A stretch of 64,000 bases of DNA, taken from assembly GCA_951406725.2 (NCBI GenBank), contig OX597822.1, positions 63,984,001 to 64,048,000 of the forward strand, given 5' to 3'. The position numbers and the translations under genes were made by a program. Shown piece by piece: positions 54,704-64,000 of the stretch; position 1 is the stretch's first letter; each line of letters begins with the position of its first letter. Under the pieces are notes generated by a model. That model was not told the origin of the DNA and did not search any database. It saw nothing but the letters and a program-made list of their open reading frames with translations. Source of the stretch: Octopus vulgaris. Lineage: Eukaryota.

Positions 54704-54743
54704 CTTGCTTCTGATGAAGGACTATTGTTCAAAATGTCAAGAC
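54704..54743 (+). ncRNA. Decayed minimal hammerhead motif
   Basis: ctt-CTGATGA-aGGAC-tatt-GTTC-AAAA-tg-TC-aag; GAAA replaced by AAAA. Confidence 0.4.
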
Positions 54744-54835
54744 CCCTTCTTTACGAGCATTTAAACTAATACATTTGTTCAAAATTGTCCTTCTTGTACT
54801 GTCTTCATTTTGTACTCATTCCCTCACATATATAT

Positions 54836-55216
54836 GGCATGTAAAAAGCACAATTCGAGCATGATCGTTACCAGTGTCGCATTACTGGCACTTGTGTCGG
54901 TGGCACGTGAAAAAACATTCGAGTGAGGTTGTTGACAGTACCGCTGGACTGGCTCCTGTACAGGTGGCATGAAGAAACACCAACCATTTGAGCGTGGCTG
55001 TTGCCAGTACCGCCTGACTGGCCCTCGTGCCGGTTGCACGTAAAGGCACCCACTAAACTCTCTGAGTGGTTGGTGTTAGGAAGGGCATCCAGCTGTAGAA
55101 ACTCTGTCAGATTAGATTGGAGCCTAGTGCAGCCATCTGGTTCGCCAGTCCTCAGTCAAATCATCCAACCCATGCTAGCATGGAAAGCAGATGTTAAACG
55201 ATGATGATGATGATGA
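54836..55216 (+). mobile_element. (GAT)n-tailed retroposon (family 3)
   Basis: Colinear with 27595-27970. Confidence 0.8.
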
Positions 55217-55792
55217 TATATATATGTGATATTATAAAATAAGAGCAGGAAAATTACATTAAAAAAATCATCACAGAAGATATAAGACCAAAATAAAATA
55301 GTATTAATAAGATAAATATATAAATATATAAAGTATGTTTATTTAAAAAGTTTAAAATATCTTACTCTAAACTACCAACATTGGCCAAATAGTACCATCA
55401 GAGTTACTAGCAAAATGAGGACATCAACTACCATTAGTACTCTCACTAGAAACCCAATACCAAATTAACCAGTAACACTACCACCAATACTAGCATTAGT
55501 GATACCACTACGACTGCCATTACCAGTAAATTCCATATTAGCATCACCTATGTCGTTAGTAGAGTGTTCGCCCATTGCACACACATCCTGGAGCAGCAGC
55601 AGTAACAACTCTACCACCACCACCACTACTATTAGAACTGGAGTGTTGTAGGAGATGGTAGGTAAATAGGAGGGAATTTTTTTTTGTTTTTTTTGTACTG
55701 AAGTCATCAAATACGATGTCAAATTTTATAACATGAGAGTGTGGAGAGAAAGAAAGAACAGAATGGGGTAGAGGATAGAGGAAGAGAATGAG

Positions 55793-55842
<50 letters not shown>

Positions 55843-57118
55843 GGTATGGAAGGAAAGAGTAGAACTTAACACATGTATGTAAATATTTACACAATTTTCA
55901 GTGTATATATATGCATAACAGACTCAAATTGAAATTGGAACCGAGCAGACACACACTTTCTAACATATCCACATACATTTACTCTCTCCTAAACACACAC
56001 ACACACACACACATTGGTGCATGCTTCACTTCAATATAACATGCCTAACTTGAAACAAACACCATGAGGCAGAAACAGGTTGGTTTTGTGGAAGCAAAAA
56101 TAGAAGTTTTCTTTGTGGTGATGTTAGCATAACATCTCAGTTGGTTTGACAACTGGGTGCAAAAAAAAAAACCACAGACCAAGGGACAGCGAATGCTGTC
56201 AACAAGTGGTTCTTACACTCTGCAGTACAGTAAACAGACACTAAACTGAGGCAATGATGGAGCCTCTAAGTGGTCGCTCAACACGCTAGAAATAGCAACC
56301 AAGTTTCTCATGAATCAATCACATATTTACCATTATTAATCCCAGAACTGTACTATCTTGAGTTCTTGGACTTGTGGGGCCAGTTACTCAGCTTCCAAGG
56401 TGTATAAGTGACCAAGATGACATCATCACCCCAGAACAGGACACAAGTCCATTACATGATTATTTATTTACAGTTGGTTGGTTGGAATGGAAGAGTGTGA
56501 AATGAAGTGTCTTGCTCAAGAGCACAATACATTGCCAGGTGATTACAGGTAAGTTTACCACAAGGAAAACTCAGTATCTCACCATTAATAATTAAAAACT
56601 ATTTTATTGAAAAGAAAAAAAAAATGGTGAGTTGATGATGGTGAAATTTCCTGGCAGTGAATTGATGACAGTGAACTTACATGTCACCAGGTCTGGGAAT
56701 TGAAACCCTGATAGCAAGATGGTGAGTGCAACACCCTAACTACTAAGCTGTGTGCCTTGACCATTAATAATCCCACATTGGATTATGCGATATTTTGATG
56801 CACTTATCATATCTGGGAGAAGGATTGGAAATGCTTTTAAATTGTAGATCTGCTGGATCAGAGCTGACACTGAGTGAAACAATGATGGTATAAACCACTT
56901 CATGTATGCTACAAGATAGTCTTGTATTGAACTTGGGAAGTACAAGTAGAGTAGTGATTGCCAAACTGCAGAGATGGTGAACAGAAAATGCTTCATCAAA
57001 GACATGGGAGAGTAAAGATCAAAGGTAAAAGCAAAGTAAGAGCTCTTAGGGAGCAGTAAAACAATATAGTTGCTACATTGTTATAGTGGTTGCAGCTGCA
57101 CCCATTTTTGTGAGGTGA

Positions 57119-57652
57119 CATCATGGATGATGAACAGAAAAAAGTATGCTACAGTGAGGATGTAAAAGCCTAGACATTACCTGGTATCAATGTTGTCCAA
57201 TACCAATGGAAAGCAATACTTAATAAAAAGTGCTGAAATCATTGTGATCTTTAATTGGCAGCTGATGAAGGGAATGTTTCCTGTGTAGCAAGCTGTTCAT
57301 CATGACTGACGAACAGAAAAAAAGCATACTACAGTGAAGATGTAAAAGCTCAGACACTCCCTGGTAAGTATCAACGTTGTCCAATACCAATGGAAAGCAA
57401 TACTTAATAAAAAGTGCTGAAATCATTGTGATTGGAAGCTGATGAAGGGGATGTCTCCTGTGTAGAAAGCTGTTCATCATGAATGAACAGAAAAAAGCAT
57501 ACTACAGTGAGGATGTAAAAGCCCAGACATTCCCTGGTAGTATCGATGTTGTTCAGTAGCACTGGAAAGTAAAACTTAATAAAAAGTGCTGAAATCATTA
57601 CGATCTTTAATTGGCAGCTGATGATGGGAATATCTCCTGCATAGTAAGCTGT
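57119..57652. repeat. Tandem triplication of an about 178-bp unit
   Basis: Units start near 57119, 57298 and 57475. Confidence 0.95.
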
Positions 57653-58300
57653 ATGTAAAATACAGTAGTAAGTCAGTAAGTAAACTTACTAATAGCTGGT
57701 GGTAAGCAGTGTCAAGTGCAGTAGTGAAGGAAGTTTGGTGGCTTTGGGATGGGAAGGCAGAAAAGCACTTCATAATGTATTAAGTCATGGTGGCTTGGCT
57801 ATGTCACAGCATAGACTTAAAGCTAATCCTGATATCTTGACAGAGTGATTAATTGCCAGTCATATGGGAGTGGGAGGGATGGGACCTTGTCAATAGGGAT
57901 GATAGGTAGAGGGGGGGAAAAGTGGTGGGATTTTCAGGAGAATTAGAAAGAGGATGGGATTGTTGATTGTATGGTTTTTTGTTTTCCTTCTCCCAAAATA
58001 CTTCATTTCAAATTAGGGAGATTTGGTTGCTATTTCTAGCATATTCAGTGGACATCTAAGTAGAAACCAGGGTGTTCTGTCTTGACAGAGTGAGAAAAGG
58101 TGATATGCCACTATTCAAAATATAAGAGCCATCCAATTTAAAATTACCTTCTTTCCTTTATTTGCTCTCCAACCCATTTTTGTTGTTTTTTTTAATTTTT
58201 TTATCATGAGAAGTTGAATAGTTCTTCAAATTTAAAGTTTTGTATGTTTTGAAGTGTTCTAAATTAAAACCTTCCATCAAAATTTCATGTTAATTCATGT

Positions 58301-58530
58301 TTAACCCTTTAGCATTCAGATTTTTCTGCCAAATGTAAAGCTTATTTTATTCTCATTGTTTTAAACTAATCATGCATTATCTCGTAGCTTTCAGATTTCA
58401 TTAATGTGATTATTGCATTTTTAGAACGACATTGTAGGGTAGGTGTGAGATGCCAGAGCCAGCTGGTTTGAACATAAAACAGATAAAATATTTGGGCTGG
58501 ATGTGGCCAGTTTATATGCTAAAATGTTAA
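58301..58530. mobile_element. piggyBac-like MITE (family A) nested in a family B copy
   Basis: ttaa-ccctttagcatt ... atgctaaaatg-ttaa; family B sequence continues to gggttaa near 58666. Confidence 0.7.
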
Positions 58531-60956
58531 ATATTATTTCAATGATGATAAAGTTATTTTTACAAAATTCTTCATTCTTTTCAAAATTAATTCAAAGAAA
58601 GGTAATGCATTTCAGTAATTATGAAAGATAATGTATTTCAACTAAATATGGCAAGGAAGGGGTTAAAAATAGTTTTTTTTTTTTCCTTTCCTTAACTCGA
58701 AGGTGGTCTCCATATCCTAACCAGATCAGTCGAGAGAGACAACTAGTGGTGTTTAAAACAAAGACCAAATGTTAACATTATTGTGTCAAATTTTGAATTA
58801 TAATTTATGGTTATCAAGACCATACTTAATCTTTGACTTCTGCTATCACCTATGTCTAATGGCTTTAAAGCTTTAGAATGACCAGAAGACTTTTTGAACT
58901 CACAACTATTTGTGTGTAAGCAACAGCAGACATGACAAATCTTCACAGTAAACGCATGAATAGTATTATTTAAGTATCATTCTCTTTTGTTCTGAGTTCA
59001 AATCTTAGTAATAAAAGTTTCAATATTATACTGTGGTGCATTACAATGACTATCTACATACATTCTCTGCATAAAATGTCCATGTGTCTAAGAAACTAAT
59101 TTCAATAGTATACAGTTGGAAGGTCAACCACAGCATCAGTCTTCAACATCACAATGTACATGAGATTAAAGTATTAACTAAAAGTAACTGCAGTGTGAAG
59201 TTCTATTTAAGAAAACCTGATAAGCTGTAAATAGACACCCAATATCATACATAAATCACAGCAACACATTATAGATCTATCTCCTTGGTGGCTACTTCTA
59301 TCTTAAAAGACCAATTTAGTTTAGATTCTTTTTTCAGCAGAGCTGAAATTGTTCACCAAACTTTCAGAATTGACTCCATCACTGCAGATAATTATTTCAT
59401 CATGGTGAGTACAATAGCCAGTTGAAGATAATGTTCTTTCTCGAAATAGCTGCTTCTTTCTAAAAAATAATCTTTCTATACCATTGCTTCTAAGAGTTAA
59501 CAAACCACCAGAAAGTTTTTATGAGTTGGCGACTAAGAATATTTTGGACTAATGCGCATGTATGTATATACACAAATGAGTCTTTTTACCAATAAATTTC
59601 TAATTTATTAAGGACCTTACTAAATTTTACAGATTGGAAACTTTAAATAGCATACCAAACAAGTAGCTTGTTTGATATCATGTATAAAAGTTTCAAGGAG
59701 ACATCTGATACAATGGGATTATGTTCAAATAAGGAATTTTGAATGAAAATAAAATCTAATCAATCTTCCATTTGAAACTTACAGTTGAAATATATTTTTT
59801 TTGCAACACCTGTATTTATAATTATAAACACCTCACACCTACATATGTATCAATTTGTGTACAATTTCCTGATTCTTTATGGGGAGTTGACTAAAACCCA
59901 AACCAGCTAAGGAACAAACTTTGTGTTGACTTGGAGCTATCAAAGTGTTTGAACCTGAGGTTGCATGTTAATGGAAACAGTTATACCTTTTACAGTGTTC
60001 CCTCTTATTACAGTGACTTGCATTAAATAATCATCTGTACCCCAGCATTAGGGTACCTTTACATTAGTTTAACATGGCAAGGATTGAAAATAGAATATTT
60101 TGTCCTTCAGCTGAGGACTTAAGCACTCTGACCAATTGTGATTCTTCCTTTACACAAAAGGTTTATAAACATTCAACTATGGTTAGTAGTTTGACCCATT
60201 GTCAACTGGTACAAGTTGTAACACTGTTTTATGCTAAAGAGGTGCTGTTCCCAGTTATTGATACCAAAGGGTGTTATAAAAGTCATCCATCATAGACGAT
60301 ACTTGATAGAGCTAATAGACGGTAAAGTGGCAGATGTTAAAGTGATGGATAAATTCCTTGTGATATTTGTACCAAATCTCTACACTATGGGTTCAAAACC
60401 TGTTGTTAGTCAACTTTGCTTCCATCTTTTTAGGGTTAAGAAATGGGTACCAATCCTATGTGGTGGACTGATAGAACAGATAAAGGGTTTAGATGGTTGC
60501 CTCGCAGTTCCTGTTCTGGCTCTGCATCTTGATGGCGATGCCTGCAACAACACTAATATCAAGCTGTATCAACTCAAAAAACTTTGGAACAGAGAGGGGG
60601 GGGACAGACTCATATACATGGGTAACTAACTACCAGTTGTTTTCAGGAGATTCTTACCCAGGCTCAGGCATACATGTACAGAAACATGGTCAAGCTTGAC
60701 AAATAGTGACCCCCACCACCACCACCACTACTTCTCCCTAGCATTATTTAGATAACACAAGTACCAGTCAAGCACTGTAATTGACTCACCCCTCCCCTCA
60801 AAGTTACTGGCGTTGTGCCAAAATTGGGAAGGACTTGACGAAAGGAAAAACATTTTTCTCCTCTCAGTGAAGACCACAAATTATGAGCTGCAGGTGGTAT
60901 TGCTAACCGAACCATTTAACATTTTGCTGTATTAATCTAGTGTATCATCTGTCCAA

Positions 60957-61190
60957 TCATCATCATCATCATTTAACATCTGCTTTCCATGCTAGCATGG
61001 GTTGGACGGTTCAACTGGGGTCTGGGGAGCCAGAAGGCTGCACCAGGCTCCAGTCTGATCTGGCAGTGTTTCTACAGCTGGATGCCCTTCCTAACGCCAA
61101 CCACTCCGAGAGTGTAGTGGGTGATTTTATGTGCCACCGACACATGTGCCAGACGAGGCTGGCGAACAGCCACGCTCGGATGGTGTTTTT
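60957..61190 (-). mobile_element. (GAT)n-tailed retroposon fragment (family 3)
   Basis: Matches 19197-19380. Confidence 0.8.
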
Positions 61191-62484
61191 TATAAATAAT
61201 AATAAAAAGATAAATGTGGAAATTTAGACGAATGTGGAAATTTGCAGAATCAGCTTGTTAGAATGATGAAAATAATGAGAGAGAGAGAGAGAAAGAGAGA
61301 GGGAGTGGATATGTGCAACATTCATTTTATTGACAATGGCCAAAAGGATACATTATATGGCTTTATTTAAGGCAGCATAAAATGACAACAGTTACAATTT
61401 TCTTTTCTGCTCTAGGCACAAGGCCTAGAAATTTTTGGTGAGTGGCCAGTTGATAAGATCGACCCCAGTATGCAACTGGTACTTAATTTATCGACCCCCC
61501 CCCCCGAAAAGATGAAAGGCAAAAAAACCAGTTTTCAATATTAAATTTACACAATGCTAGAGTTTGTGTGTGCTTGTTGGTGGACAGTGTTTTAAAGCAC
61601 ATGTGCTATGACACGTGTATCAATATGGGTTTGTGAGGAGTGTGAGAATATAGTTATAGCTTTTCCCAATTTACAGCAGCAAAGCAATTAAGACTTAAAC
61701 TGCGAACAAAGGGTTTCCTTCATTGAAAAGTACAAAAAAAAAAAAAAGAAAGAAAAGAAAAATCAACAAAAAAAAAAACAAAACAAAAGTCATGTCTATA
61801 TATCAGTAGTTGTCATGATTTATTTATTTTTTTAGACTTTTGGTTCAGAATTTTTATTTCATTTCCAAAAATGAGTTTTTTAATTTCTCATGTGTAAAAT
61901 ATAAATTTTAATGTTGCTATGGTTCTTTTTCGTTTTTGATGATAAATAGAACAATCAGTTTAACAACAATTTTCTTTTCTTTCTTTTTTTTTTTCATTTA
62001 TTGAACAGATGATACACAAGATCTAGATGAGTGTTGAATGGTTAAATGGTTAAAGTGTTCGGTTAGCAATACCATCTACAGATCATAATTCGTGGTCTTC
62101 ACTAAAGGAGAGAATATTTTTCCTTTTATCAAAATTTTTCCCAATTTTGGCACAACACCAATAGTAACTTTGAGAGGAGGGGGGAAATTGATTACAGAGC
62201 TTGATTTGTGCTTATTTTACCAAGCCCCAAAGGGATAAAAAGCAAAGTTAGCCTTTGTAAGATTTGAACTTAGAACACAAAAGAACTGGAAGAAACACTA
62301 CTAAACATTTTATTTGGTTTGGTAACACTTATGCCAGTTCACCAACTTTTCTATTTTATAAAATGAAAATGCTATTAGAAAGTAGTCTGATTGGTTCAAG
62401 GCTAGTTCCTTACTTTAGATTTTATAGCATTAAACAAATGATTTGAGAAGTCTCCTTCCAGACAGAGAAGTCTCCTTCCACAAG

Positions 62485-62840
62485 GTTCCAGATTCAGTCC
62501 CGCTGTGTAGCATCTTTGGGCAAGTGTCTTCTACTATAACCTCAGGCTGACCAAAGCCTTCAGAGTGGATTTGGTAGATGGAAACTGAAAGAAGCCCATC
62601 GTATGAATGTGTGTGTGTGTGTGTGTGTGTGTCTTTGTTTGACCCCCATCACCATTTGATAATGTGTGTTGGTGTGCTTACACCCCCGTAACTTAGTGGT
62701 TTGGGGAAAGAAACTGATAGAATCAGAACCTCATTGTTCTGGGTTCAGTCCCACTGTGTGGCACCTTGGGCAAATGCTTTCTACTATAGCCTTGAGAGTG
62801 GATTTGGTAGATGAAAACTGAAAGAAGCCCATCATATGTA
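62485..62840 (+). mobile_element. Two partial SINE family 1 copies in tandem
   Basis: The ttcagtccc...gaaagaagcccatc block occurs twice. Confidence 0.75.
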
Positions 62841-63046
62841 TATGTGTTTGTGCGTGGTGCCGGTGTCACATTAAAAAGCACCCACTCCATTTGGTAAAGT
62901 GGTTGGTGTTAGGAAGGACATCTGGCTGTGAAAATCATGCCAAAAACAGACAATAGAGCATGGTGCTATTCTCTGGCTTGCCAACTCCTGTCAAACCACA
63001 CAACCCATGTCATCATGGAGGTTGGACATTAAATGATGATGATGAT

Positions 63047-63077
<31 letters not shown>

Positions 63078-64000
63078 TTATTTTTTGTCTTTGCCCCACT
63101 GCTTGACAATTGGTGTTGGTTTGTTTACATCCCTGTAAGTAATTGTTTCAGCTTACAGACCGAAAGAATAAGTAACAAACTTATAAAAAATACCAAGGTT
63201 GATTCGTTTGACTAAAACACTTCAAGACAGTATCCCAGCATGGCTGCAGTCCAATGATTGCATCAAGTAAAAGACCGGTGTAACTTCCATCCAAGTGTTT
63301 CCTTTTGGTCTGGAGACCCTGGTGGCACCCATCTCACACAATCAGAATAAGGGCACAGGTGACCCTCCCAATGAGCTCATTCACCTTTAGTAGATATTTA
63401 TTTATTTTTTTTCCTCAACCTTGCTGGGTCCATTCAACCATAAACAGTTAGCAACGGATTACATGATCACTAGTGGTGGGTTTCCAACAATCTGTTATGG
63501 AATTGGTCTTGAACTGATAAATGGAAAAACAGGAATACACAATAGGCCCATTGTGTGATGGTGATGAAGAGGATATAAAAATAATAATAGTGATAAATAC
63601 CACCCTTTTAATTCTCTCCATCATTCATAACACTAATGGTGTTAGATATATGGAAGTATTAATTAATAAATAATGAAATAATGAAACAAACATAAAAACA
63701 TGATTTCTTATGTGATCTGGTCACGACCACCATGGCCACCACCACTTCCTACCCACCATCAGCAATGTTATGATTGTGATGATGATAATCGTTGTTGCCA
63801 CCACTACCACCAGCATTGCTGTCCACTGTCAACAATGCTATGATGATGAAGATGATGACAATGATAATGACCACCACCGCCACAACTATTGACCATCAAC
63901 ACTGCCATCACCACGACGATGGCAACAATAATGACCACTACCACCATAAATGGTGCCATCACCACAATGGTGCCATCACCACAATGGTGATGCTGACAAT

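Noticed and set aside
57127-57236. C/D box snoRNA reading (ATGATGA...CTGA) in repeat unit 1
   Set aside because: The C box is not retained in units 2 and 3, and I found no recognisable rRNA guide.
60231-60629. 132-aa plus-strand ORF
   Set aside because: No recognisable domain or splice context; a short antisense exon is at least as plausible.

Overview
AT-rich, microsatellite-dense eukaryotic non-coding DNA. The repeat content (a CORE-like tRNA-SINE in more than 12 copies, a Deu/Nin-like SINE, and (GAT)n-tailed retroposons) looks like an octopus genome; this is my recognition, not a database result. No ORF in the track resembles a known protein; most are translations of SINEs or microsatellites. 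The window is dominated by SINEs, non-autonomous DNA transposons (piggyBac-, pogo/Tigger-, mariner- and Helitron-like), minisatellites, local duplications and long palindromes. The most notable signals are: (1) several minimal type-I hammerhead-ribozyme motifs in Penelope-like palindromes, including a back-to-back pair at 7853-7944 and a tRNA-headed, hammerhead-tailed element with a 13-bp TSD at 1534-1904; (2) a strong AG|GTAAGT recursive-splice-like site on the minus strand at 17912/17913; (3) a chain of short, mostly non-coding minus-strand exon candidates that suggests a long spliced transcript crossing the window. All coordinates were read by eye and may be off by a few bases.
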